64,000 nt of DNA. It comes from Candidatus Omnitrophota bacterium (GTDB taxonomy: Bacteria > Omnitrophota > Gorgyraeia > Duberdicusellales > 4484-171). Under the pieces are notes generated by a model, which made no database searches, was not told the origin of the DNA, and saw only the letters and a program-made list of their open reading frames with translations. Location: assembly GCA_041652815.1 (NCBI GenBank), contig JBAZGN010000004.1:79890-143889 (forward strand). The letters are read 5' to 3'. The position numbers were made by a program, and so were the translations under genes. Positions 29,964-38,493 of the stretch are shown in pieces. Every line of letters begins with the position of its first letter. Positions within the stretch are counted from its first letter, which is position 1.

Positions 29964-31370
29964 GTGCGTATGAAGAATCTGGTGATTTTTGTTTTTGGTT
30001 TTCTTTTTTGTTTTTCTGTGTGCGCGCAGGAGAATGTAGAACTTACGGTTTACAACCAGAATTTTGCTTTAGTAAAGGACCAACGCAGCCTAGATTTAAA
30101 AAAAGGATTGAATAAAGTAGACTTCAAAGACGTAGCCTCCCTTATTGAGCCGACTTCGGTTCATTTTGTTTCTTTAACCGCCCCTGATTCGTGTTCTATT
30201 CTGGAACAGAATTACGAATATGATTTGATGAGTTCCGAAAAGCTTCTTTCCAAATATATCGATAAAAACATAAAAATCATAACTAAAGATGCAAAGACAT
30301 ACGAAGGAGTACTTTCGAGCTTTGATGCTAACAATATTATAATTTCCGGTCAGGATGGTTTAAGCATGATTGTCCGGCCTGATAATATAGCTCAGATAAG
30401 TTTCGATAAAACTCCGGAAGGGCTTATTACAAAGCCAACGCTTGTCTGGGAAATTGAAAATGGCAAAGAAGGAAAACACTTAACTGAAGTATCGTATCTT
30501 ACCGGCGGCGTAAACTGGCTCGCCGAATATGTAACCGTTTTGGATAGGGATGATAAAAAAGTGAGCCTCGATGGTTGGGTAAGTATAACTAACAATAGCG
30601 GCGTAGGTTATAAAAATGCAAAACTAAAACTCATTGCCGGAGATGTAAAACGAGTGCAGCCACAAGCAGGCGCAGTTATTTACAATAAAATGGCTCTCAG
30701 GGAAAAGGACGAGGCTATGCCGCAATTTCAGGAAAAAGCATTTTTTGAGTATCATATGTATACTTTGCAAAGAAAGGCAACCCTCAAGAATAATCAGATA
30801 AAGCAAATCTCTCTGCTTTCCGCAAACAACATACCCGTAAAAAAGGTTTTTATATATGACCCGGTAGATTATTACGGTTGGAATTGGTATCGCTATGATA
30901 ATAACCAAACTACAAAAGAACAAAAAATAAAAGTGAAAATTGAGCTTACCAACAGTAAGCAAAATAATTTGGGAATGCCTTTACCGAAAGGAAAAGTAAA
31001 AGTTTATAAAAAAGACGATGATGGCAGTTTACAATTTATAGGGGAAGATCAGATTGACCATACCCCTAAAGATGAAACTATAAAATTATATTTGGGGGAT
31101 GCTTTTGATGTGGTTGGAGAGCGAAAGAAAATGAACTACCGGACTGGTAATGATTGGGCAGAGGAAAGCTTTGAAATAACTTTACGTAACCATAAAGAGA
31201 GCGATATTGAAGTTAATGTTATTGAACATATGTGGCGTTATTCAAACTGGAAAATAATCAACAAATCTCACGAGTTTACCAAGAAAGACGCTCAAACCAT
31301 AGAGTTTAAGGTTCCTGTGGTAAAAGATGGAGAGGCAAAAGTAACTTATACGGTCAGGTATTGGTGGTAG
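29964..31370 (+). CDS. Secreted DUF4139-like protein
   Basis: 468 aa; signal peptide; general resemblance to the DUF4139/MuiA family; sits between archease and rtcB. Confidence 0.4.
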   Translation: MRMKNLVIFVFGFLFCFSVCAQENVELTVYNQNFALVKDQRSLDLKKGLNKVDFKDVASLIEPTSVHFVSLTAPDSCSILEQNYEYDLMSSEKLLSKYIDKNIKIITKDAKTYEGVLSSFDANNIIISGQDGLSMIVRPDNIAQISFDKTPEGLITKPTLVWEIENGKEGKHLTEVSYLTGGVNWLAEYVTVLDRDDKKVSLDGWVSITNNSGVGYKNAKLKLIAGDVKRVQPQAGAVIYNKMALREKDEAMPQFQEKAFFEYHMYTLQRKATLKNNQIKQISLLSANNIPVKKVFIYDPVDYYGWNWYRYDNNQTTKEQKIKVKIELTNSKQNNLGMPLPKGKVKVYKKDDDGSLQFIGEDQIDHTPKDETIKLYLGDAFDVVGERKKMNYRTGNDWAEESFEITLRNHKESDIEVNVIEHMWRYSNWKIINKSHEFTKKDAQTIEFKVPVVKDGEAKVTYTVRYWW

Positions 31371-31422
31371 ATACAGAGAACAGATAACAGAGTACAGAGA
31401 ACAGAAGGATAAATGAACTAAA

Positions 31423-32874
31423 ATGGAGAAAGTCGAATTTGAAAAAATTGACGATTATAGGTTTAGGATTCCTAAGAGCTATAAGCCGGGAATGCGCGTG
31501 GACGGTATTATTTATGCAAGTGAGAAGCTTCTTTCCGGAGTAAAAAACGATAATGCTTTTGAGCAGGTTGCAAATGTAGCATTTTTGCCGGGAATTGTTA
31601 AACATTCCTTGGCGATGCCGGACATCCATTGGGGTTATGGTTTTCCTATCGGCGGAGTTGCAGCTACAGACCCGGAAAATGACGGAGTAATCTCACCCGG
31701 AGGCGTGGGTTATGATATAAATTGCGGTGTGCGCTTACTTCGGACTAATTTAACCCTTGAAGATGTGCAGGGGAAAATTTCTAACATCGTAAATAAACTA
31801 TATCAAGATGTTCCTTCGGGTGTAGGCTCAACCGGTGAGATTAGCGTATCGGGAAAAGAGGAAAGAAGAGTCCTTCTTGAGGGGGCAAAATGGGCGGTAT
31901 CGCGCGGTTTTGGAGTAAAAGATGATTTGGAATCTTGTGAAGAGTTCGGAGCTATTGAAGGCGCTGACCCTGACAGCGTTTCCGAGCGCGCATATAAGAG
32001 GGGCAAAGAACAGACTGGGACTCTCGGAAGCGGAAACCATTTCCTTGAAGCCCAGGTTATCAGTGATATCTTTGATGCAAAAACCGCCGAGAAATTAGGT
32101 TTAAACATAGGCCAGATTACAGTTATGATTCATTCAGGCTCAAGAGGTTTAGGCTACCAGGTATGCGACGATTATGTAAGGCAAATGATTAGCTGTCTTA
32201 GCAAATACGCAATAAACGTGCCGGACAGGCAGCTTGCCTGTGCGCCAGTAAACAGCCCTGAAGCAAAGGAATATATCGGTGCAATGCGTGCGGCAGCAAA
32301 TTATGCCTGGGCAAACCGGCAAGTTTTAATGCACCTTACACGCTTGGCTTTTGAGAAGGTTTTTTCCAAAAGCTGGCAGTCTTTGGGTATGGATTTAATT
32401 TATGATGTTGCGCATAATATAGCAAAATTTGAAAAACATATTGTTGACGGTAAAGAAAAACTTTTGTGCGTGCATCGAAAAGGTGCAACGCGTTCCTTTG
32501 GCCCGGGCCACCCTGAACTTCCAGAAAAGTATAAGGAAACAGGCCAGCCGGTGATTATACCGGGAGATATGGGAAGGGCATCATATCTACTGGTTGGTAC
32601 TAAAAAAAGCGAAGAAGAAACTTTCGCAAGTACTTGTCACGGAGCCGGCAGAGTTTCTTCGCGCCACGAAGCATTAAAGAGAATAGATGTAAATGTTCTT
32701 TTAAAAGAACTTAAGGCTAAAGGCATAGAAGTAAGGGCAACCGGAAAAAAAACTATTGTCGAAGAAGCTCCTTCAGTGTATAAGAATATAGATGATGTTA
32801 TAGAGGTCGTACAGGAAAGTGGTATTTCCCGTAAGGTTTGCAGAATGCGGCCGTTAGCGGTTGTTAAGGGATGA
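31423..32874 (+). CDS. rtcB: RNA-splicing ligase RtcB
   Basis: 483 aa; GYDINCGVR, HSGSRGLG, TCHGAGR metal/GTP-binding motifs. Confidence 0.9.
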   Translation: MEKVEFEKIDDYRFRIPKSYKPGMRVDGIIYASEKLLSGVKNDNAFEQVANVAFLPGIVKHSLAMPDIHWGYGFPIGGVAATDPENDGVISPGGVGYDINCGVRLLRTNLTLEDVQGKISNIVNKLYQDVPSGVGSTGEISVSGKEERRVLLEGAKWAVSRGFGVKDDLESCEEFGAIEGADPDSVSERAYKRGKEQTGTLGSGNHFLEAQVISDIFDAKTAEKLGLNIGQITVMIHSGSRGLGYQVCDDYVRQMISCLSKYAINVPDRQLACAPVNSPEAKEYIGAMRAAANYAWANRQVLMHLTRLAFEKVFSKSWQSLGMDLIYDVAHNIAKFEKHIVDGKEKLLCVHRKGATRSFGPGHPELPEKYKETGQPVIIPGDMGRASYLLVGTKKSEEETFASTCHGAGRVSSRHEALKRIDVNVLLKELKAKGIEVRATGKKTIVEEAPSVYKNIDDVIEVVQESGISRKVCRMRPLAVVKG

Positions 32875-32923
32875 TTGGGCTATTATGTTTTTATGTTGTT
32901 AGGTTGTTAAGCAAGAGGGAAAT

Positions 32924-34195
32924 ATGTTGGATGCAAAGTTTATAAGAGAAAATCCGGATACAGTAAGGCAGGCTTTAAAAGACAGGAATGATAAATTCGA
33001 CCTGGATGGTTTTCTTTCTTTAGACGAAGAGAGAAGGCGGCTTATGCGTCAAATAGAGGAATTATCCGCACTCCAAAATAAGATTGACGCTGAGATGAAA
33101 ATAATTATTAAGGAAAAGAAAGAGCCTGCTGCAAAGATTGCGGAAGGTAGAGAAATAAAAAAGCAGATTAGCGAGTTAAACAAAAATTTTAACGAATTAG
33201 AAGCCAGATTTAAAGACCAGTTGCTGAGAATCCCGAATGTTCCGCATCCGTCTATACCAAAAGGGCATCCGTCAAATAATAAGGTTATTAAAGAATGGGG
33301 GAATAAACGTAGGTTTGATTTTAAGCCGCTTGATCACATTACGCTTGCCGAACATCTGGATATCATAGATTTTAAGCGTGCTGCCAAAATAAGCGGTTCG
33401 AATTTCGTTTTGTTCAAGGGCGCTGGCGCACGGCTTGAAAGAGCGCTGATTAATTTTATGCTTGATTTGCATACGCAAAAGCATGGATTTAAAGAAGTGT
33501 TTCCGCCGATGCTGGTTAACCGTGATTCAATGCGTGCAACAGGCCAATTACCGAAGCTTGAAGAGGATATGTATAAACTTCACGATGACGAACTTTTTCT
33601 TATTCCCACGGCGGAAGTCCCTGTAACCAACATTCACCGAGACGAAGTTTTGCGCGAAGAGGATTTGCCAATCTACTATACTGCGTATACCGCGTGTTTT
33701 AGAAGAGAAGCTGGTTCTTATGGAAAAGATACAAAGGGGTTAACGCGGGTGCACCAATTCGATAAAGTAGAGCTTGTTAAATTTGTAAAGCCAGATACTT
33801 CTTACGAGGAGCTTGAAAAACTGCTCACAAATGCATATACGGTTTTAGAGTTGTTGAATATTCCTTATAGGATATTAGAACTTGCAACCGGCGATATCAG
33901 TTTTGCCGCGGCAAAATGTTATGATATTGAAATTTATGCGCCGGGGATCGATAAATGGCTTGAAGTTTCAAGCTGCAGCAATTTTGAGGATTTTCAGGCA
34001 AGGCGCGCAAATATTCGCTACAAAGAAAAAGAAACCGGAAAACTTAAGTTTGTTCATACCTTAAACGGCTCAGGGGTTGCTTTGGCGCGCCTGGTGGTTG
34101 CTATCCTTGAAAACTATCAGCAAGCCGATGGCACAATTACGATACCTGAAGTTTTACGGACATACATGGGCGGGCTGGAAAAAATTTCCGAATAA
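32924..34195 (+). CDS. serS: Seryl-tRNA synthetase
   Basis: 423 aa; N-terminal coiled coil plus class II core (FRREAGS, GSG..ARL). Confidence 0.9.
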   Translation: MLDAKFIRENPDTVRQALKDRNDKFDLDGFLSLDEERRRLMRQIEELSALQNKIDAEMKIIIKEKKEPAAKIAEGREIKKQISELNKNFNELEARFKDQLLRIPNVPHPSIPKGHPSNNKVIKEWGNKRRFDFKPLDHITLAEHLDIIDFKRAAKISGSNFVLFKGAGARLERALINFMLDLHTQKHGFKEVFPPMLVNRDSMRATGQLPKLEEDMYKLHDDELFLIPTAEVPVTNIHRDEVLREEDLPIYYTAYTACFRREAGSYGKDTKGLTRVHQFDKVELVKFVKPDTSYEELEKLLTNAYTVLELLNIPYRILELATGDISFAAAKCYDIEIYAPGIDKWLEVSSCSNFEDFQARRANIRYKEKETGKLKFVHTLNGSGVALARLVVAILENYQQADGTITIPEVLRTYMGGLEKISE

Positions 34196-34216
34196 TTTAC
34201 AAGAGAGAGGTGCAAA

Positions 34217-34804
34217 ATGGATGAAAAAGTTACAAAACAAAATTCTTTCTTTACTTTAATTAAATTTTTTCTTTTTTTAATTATATTTTGTTTCGTAATT
34301 TCTATAAGCAAAGAATTTTTTAAAGAAATAAGAGCGCAGGAAGCGCTTAATATAAATATTCTTTTTTTCTCGGCACTTTCTGCTTTTTCGTTTTACACTT
34401 TCCTTGTCGATTTAAATGGGATTTATAAAAAGATACAGAATTTTTTCTTCCATTCATCGTTTCTCTCATATCTTGTGCCTTCGTTTCTTGTTCTTTTAAG
34501 CCTTGGTTATTTTATACTTCCAAAAGCATTTAACCTGGAAATCGATAAAGGAATTTTTGTTTTCCTTGGCGGTTTTGTTTTTACATCGCACCTTATTTTT
34601 ATTGCGCGGGAAAACAAAGGCAAGAATTTTGCCAGTGTTATAAATTATTTGTTTAATTTCAGCATTCTATATATAATAAACCTTTTGTTATTGGGAGTGT
34701 ATTTAATGGCAGCGTTTGAAATAAATCTGGGGAAGGTCTTAGTTGAGGGTTTAACCGGCGGCGCCTTATTGATTAAAAACTTGTTTACGCAGATTTTGCA
34801 TTGA
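34217..34804 (+). CDS. Membrane protein
   Basis: 195 aa; 5 TM helices. Confidence 0.45.
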   Translation: MDEKVTKQNSFFTLIKFFLFLIIFCFVISISKEFFKEIRAQEALNINILFFSALSAFSFYTFLVDLNGIYKKIQNFFFHSSFLSYLVPSFLVLLSLGYFILPKAFNLEIDKGIFVFLGGFVFTSHLIFIARENKGKNFASVINYLFNFSILYIINLLLLGVYLMAAFEINLGKVLVEGLTGGALLIKNLFTQILH

Positions 34805-34881
34805 TAGAATAGTTATTTTAAAGATTTCTCGTCTCACTTTCGGTGAGACTCGAAATCCAAAAAATTACTTCGTAATTTTTT

Positions 34882-35150
34882 GGAGAGGTGGCCGAGTGGT
34901 TTTCCGCCACTGATGACTTTTTATATGTGGGCGGATCCGCCTCTGGCGGAAAGGCGCCGGTTTGTTCAATGAAACTTAGCCTTTTTGTGTGTAACCACAA
35001 AAAGGCTTTAGTTGAATTAATCCGACCAACGAAGTGGTGGCGGACTAAACCGGTGTACGATCGTAAGGTTGTACCTGGGGTTCCCCGCCACCTTAATAAA
35101 AAATATATAGGCGGGCGGGTCCGCCTGCGGCGGAAAATCCCCACCTTAAT
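34882..35150 (+). pseudogene. Degenerate tRNA-Ser-like copy disrupted by three insertions
   Basis: ggagaggtggccgagtggtt | insert | aaggcgccggtttg | insert | accggtgtacgatcgtaaggttgtacctggggttc | insert | tccccacc; the 3' acceptor does not pair. Confidence 0.6.
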
Positions 35151-35169
35151 TTATACATAAACAGCGCTT

Positions 35170-35445
35170 TTGCTAAGTAATATGCCGTGGATATATGTGT
35201 TGCGAAGTAGTAAAGATAATAAGCTTTACATCGGCAGTACGAGAGATTTAAAAAATCGTATAAAATTGCACAATGCGGGAAAAGTAAAATCGACAAAATC
35301 AAGAAAGCCATTTGAATTGTTACATAGTGAAGAATATGAGACAATAATAGAAGTACGCAAAGGAGAAAATTTTTTGAAAACTGGCCATGGTAGAGAATGG
35401 CTAAAGAATGAAATAGTAGCTTGGAAGGGTGGCCGAGTGGTTTAA
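35170..35445 (+). CDS. GIY-YIG domain nuclease (UPF0213/YhbQ-like, 91 aa)
   Basis: WIYVLRSSKDNKLYIGSTRDLKNRIKLHN is a GIY-YIG motif; the 3' end overlaps tRNA-Ser. Confidence 0.7.
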   Translation: MLSNMPWIYVLRSSKDNKLYIGSTRDLKNRIKLHNAGKVKSTKSRKPFELLHSEEYETIIEVRKGENFLKTGHGREWLKNEIVAWKGGRVV

Positions 35446-35513
35446 GGCGCCGGTTTGCTAAACCGGTGTACGATCGTAAGGTTGTACCTGGGGTTCAAAT
35501 CCCCACCCTTCCG
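35423..35513 (+). tRNA. tRNA-Ser(GCU)
   Basis: Type II tRNA: ggaaggg acceptor, loop ttGCTaa, long variable arm tgtacgatcgtaaggttgtac, T-arm tggggttcaaatcccca. Confidence 0.85.
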
Positions 35514-35546
35514 TGATTGATTAATAAATTAAATAATTAACGAATT

Positions 35547-37259
35547 ATGGACTACATCGCATTTGCTTTAAAGTATCGCCCGCAGAATTTTGATGAAGTT
35601 ATAGGCCAGGAAAATGTTGTAACTTCTATCAAAAACGCTATTCTTAAAAAGCATATTCATCACGCCTATCTTTTTAGTGGGCCGCGCGGGACCGGCAAAA
35701 CTTCCCTTGCGCGAATTTTTGCAAAGGCACTTAATTGCGAAAGTGAAAATTCGCCGGTGGTATCGCCTTGCGGTAAATGCATCAGCTGTGTTGAAATTAC
35801 CAAAGGTTCTTCTTTGGATATTATCGAGGTTGATGGCGCTTCAAACAGGGGTATTGATGAAATACGCACGCTTCGCGAGAATGTTAAATTGTCCCCTGCG
35901 CATTCGCGCTACAAAGTATATATCATTGATGAAGTGCATATGCTTACCCAAGAAGCTTTTAACGCTCTCCTAAAAACACTTGAAGAGCCGCCTACCCACG
36001 TTAAATTTATTTTCGCAACTACTCATCCGCATAAAGTAATACCTACGATTTTATCAAGATGCCAGAAATTTCAATTTAAGCTTGTTGCGCTGGAGAAAAT
36101 TGTAAATAAACTGAAAAGTATTACAAAAATTGAAGGAGTAAAAATAAACGATAATCTTCTATATGCTATAGCAAGAGCTTCCGGCGGAAGTATCAGAGAC
36201 GCTGAGTCATTGCTTGATCAGCTTGTTCCTGTAGTGCTTGAAAAAGGTTCTATGGAGGATGTTTTTTCATTTTTGGGAATAATTGACGAGGACAGCTTGA
36301 GTAAAATGGCAGGTTTTATCGTAAACAAGGATTTACAGTCTTCGTTGGATTTTGTAGATAGAGTAGTTCAGGACGGCAAAGACTTAAGTATATTCGTAAA
36401 CGCGCTTATCGAGTATCTAAGAAATTTTCTCTTAGCCAAGGTAAGCCTAAAAACTTTCAATAGCCTGGAGGATATATCTACAGAGTCCAAGGCGTCGATT
36501 CTTAAGGCGTGCAGTTCAATTACCCTTTCGCAAATTTTAAAAATAATCGATTTGCTGATAGAAGCAAAAGAACTTTCCCACAGGCTAAATACGGTAAGGA
36601 TACCGCTTGAGCTTGCGCTTGTAAAATTCATTTTGCCGCAGGAATCCGATTATAAGAAGTCTGAAGAAAAAATCATGAATATGCCTGTTGATAAAAAAAG
36701 CCTGCCTGATAAAAAAGTAAACGCTGAAACTAAACTTTCGGATTCAAATATCAAGCTGGAAGGGGATTTTGATATAGACGATGAAGAGGGTAGCGTTAAA
36801 AAAGTGTCTTTATCACAAGAGTCACAAACTGAAACAAAAATTGATAATGATGGCCTTTTGCTTTCCGAAATTAAGGCAAGATGGGCGGAGATAATCGTAA
36901 ATATACAGAAGGTCCGTGCGGCTATAAGTTCGCATCTTTCGTTTGCCGAGCCCCTTTCTTCAAGTTCAAATATCGTAAAAATAGGATTTTCCAACAAAGA
37001 TTATTTTCACAAAGAAATAGTTGAGGAACCCAAGAACGTAAAATTTATCGAGGACGTTGTTTCTAAAATATTGAATAAAAAAATCGGTATAAAATTTATC
37101 CTTTCGGATAGGATTACGTCAAAAACTGTTAATATTGCGCAACATAAAGCAAGTTCTGCCCAAACGCAGGCGGAGGGTAATCCTTCCGGGCAGCAAAATG
37201 AATTTATAAACGAACTGATGGATACTTTTGGCGGCCAGTTTCATACGGACGATGAGTAA
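35547..37259 (+). CDS. dnaX: DNA polymerase III subunit gamma/tau
   Basis: 570 aa; GPRGTGKTS Walker A, SRC motif, Zn module CGKCISC. Confidence 0.9.
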   Translation: MDYIAFALKYRPQNFDEVIGQENVVTSIKNAILKKHIHHAYLFSGPRGTGKTSLARIFAKALNCESENSPVVSPCGKCISCVEITKGSSLDIIEVDGASNRGIDEIRTLRENVKLSPAHSRYKVYIIDEVHMLTQEAFNALLKTLEEPPTHVKFIFATTHPHKVIPTILSRCQKFQFKLVALEKIVNKLKSITKIEGVKINDNLLYAIARASGGSIRDAESLLDQLVPVVLEKGSMEDVFSFLGIIDEDSLSKMAGFIVNKDLQSSLDFVDRVVQDGKDLSIFVNALIEYLRNFLLAKVSLKTFNSLEDISTESKASILKACSSITLSQILKIIDLLIEAKELSHRLNTVRIPLELALVKFILPQESDYKKSEEKIMNMPVDKKSLPDKKVNAETKLSDSNIKLEGDFDIDDEEGSVKKVSLSQESQTETKIDNDGLLLSEIKARWAEIIVNIQKVRAAISSHLSFAEPLSSSSNIVKIGFSNKDYFHKEIVEEPKNVKFIEDVVSKILNKKIGIKFILSDRITSKTVNIAQHKASSAQTQAEGNPSGQQNEFINELMDTFGGQFHTDDE

Positions 37260-37349
37260 TTTGAACAAAAAAAGTTAAACCGATGGCAAGCTACAGATAG
37301 CAGGTGATTTTATCTGCTATTTGCCAAGCTGTCATCTACCATCTGTAAA

Positions 37350-37946
37350 ATGAGTTTTCCAAAAATATTTAACGAGTTAGTTACGAGTTTAGCGCGTTTC
37401 CCGGGAATAGGCAGGCGCAGTGCCGAGCGTATTGCTTTTTATATCCTTAAAATGTCTCCGGAGGATGTAAAAGACCTGTCGCGTAAAATAGAGGAAATCC
37501 ATAATCATATAAAACCCTGTAAACTATGTAATAACTTTTCAACCCATGAAGTTTGTTCCATATGCAGCGACTATAAACGCGACAAGGAAATGGTTTGTAT
37601 CATTGAAGAGCCCAAGGATATTTTAGCCATTGAAAAGACTTCGCAATATAATGGCCTTTATTATGTTCTTTTAGGCTCAATTTCACCCCTTGATGGAGTA
37701 AACGGCGAAGATTTAAACTTAAGAAAACTAATGAACCGTATCGAACAAGGAGAAATAAAGGAAATTATAATTTCTACGGATGCCGATAACGACGGAGAGT
37801 TAACTGCGCAATATTTGATTGAAAAAATTTCTCCTTATAAAATCAAAATGTACCGTATAGCCATAGGAGTTCCGCTTGGTACCCAGATTGAATATATTGA
37901 TTCCGCAACTCTAGGCAAAGCATTGCTCGAGAAGAGGCCGGTATAG
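37350..37946 (+). CDS. recR: Recombination protein RecR
   Basis: 198 aa; HhH, C4 zinc finger CKLCNNFSTHEVCSIC, Toprim domain. Confidence 0.9.
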   Translation: MSFPKIFNELVTSLARFPGIGRRSAERIAFYILKMSPEDVKDLSRKIEEIHNHIKPCKLCNNFSTHEVCSICSDYKRDKEMVCIIEEPKDILAIEKTSQYNGLYYVLLGSISPLDGVNGEDLNLRKLMNRIEQGEIKEIIISTDADNDGELTAQYLIEKISPYKIKMYRIAIGVPLGTQIEYIDSATLGKALLEKRPV

Positions 37947-38009
37947 GGTAAATCCAAACTTAAGTGTGTGTTGACGTAAAATAACAATTACGCTATAATT
38001 ACCCCTCGT

Positions 38010-38180
38010 TTGTTCTTTTACAAATTTATTCCCCGGTAGCCAAATTCGCCTTTTTCCACAATTTTGATAAAGGCGAATTTGTCCCGACGAACTCGGGGTA
38101 AATTTATGAAAGAAATTTACCCCGTATCTAGGTGAGTCGGGATAATAACATTGTTCTTTTACAAATTTATTCCCCGGTAG
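38010..38180 (+). repeat. 31-nt direct repeat (ttgttcttttacaaatttattccccggtagc), second copy includes the tRNA 5' end
   Basis: Copies at 38010-38040 and 38148-38178; hairpins between them. Confidence 0.6.
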
Positions 38181-38493
38181 CTCAATTGGTAGAGCGGCTG
38201 GCTGTGCGAGGCCGAAGGCCGAGCATCTCGAGGCGATAGCCGAGAGATCTTGAACTCAAGGTGTTAGCAGCTCTTATGGGAAACCGTAAGATGAAAAAGC
38301 GAGTAAATTCAGGGAAACCCCGACGTTACGTTGGGGCAATCCTGAGCCAAGCCCTGTATGGGAAGGTGCAGAGACTAGACACTCGCTGCCTAAATCCGAT
38401 GTGGACATGGCAAAGGTATAGTCCGACTCTCACAGTAATGTGAGTCAGCGTGTAACCAGTAGGTCGTAGGTTCGAGCCCTACCCGGGGAGCCA
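38171..38493 (+). tRNA. tRNA (Thr-UGU if spliced after U33; alternatively Asn-GUU) interrupted by a 247-nt group I intron
   Basis: 5' exon tccccggtagctcaattggtagagcggctggct, 3' exon tgtaaccagtaggtcgtaggttcgagccctacccggggagcca; intron 38204..38450 carries gcagagactaga / ggtatagtccg P7 elements and aaattcagggaaacc, gagccaagcc. Confidence 0.8.
38204..38450 (+). ncRNA. ORF-less group I intron (IC3-like)
   Basis: Conserved P3/P4/P7 sequences as in the Azoarcus tRNA-Ile and cyanobacterial tRNA introns; omega G; P1 ggct/ggcc with U.G at the splice site. Confidence 0.8.

Noticed and set aside
34888-35160. ORF 34888..35160 (+) 90 aa and 34818..35144 (-)
   Set aside because: They are readings through the degenerate tRNA-Ser copy and its MITE-like insertions
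38261-38443. ORF 38261..38443 (+) 60 aa
   Set aside because: It lies entirely within the group I intron ribozyme core (P3-P9), so the sequence is constrained by RNA structure rather than coding
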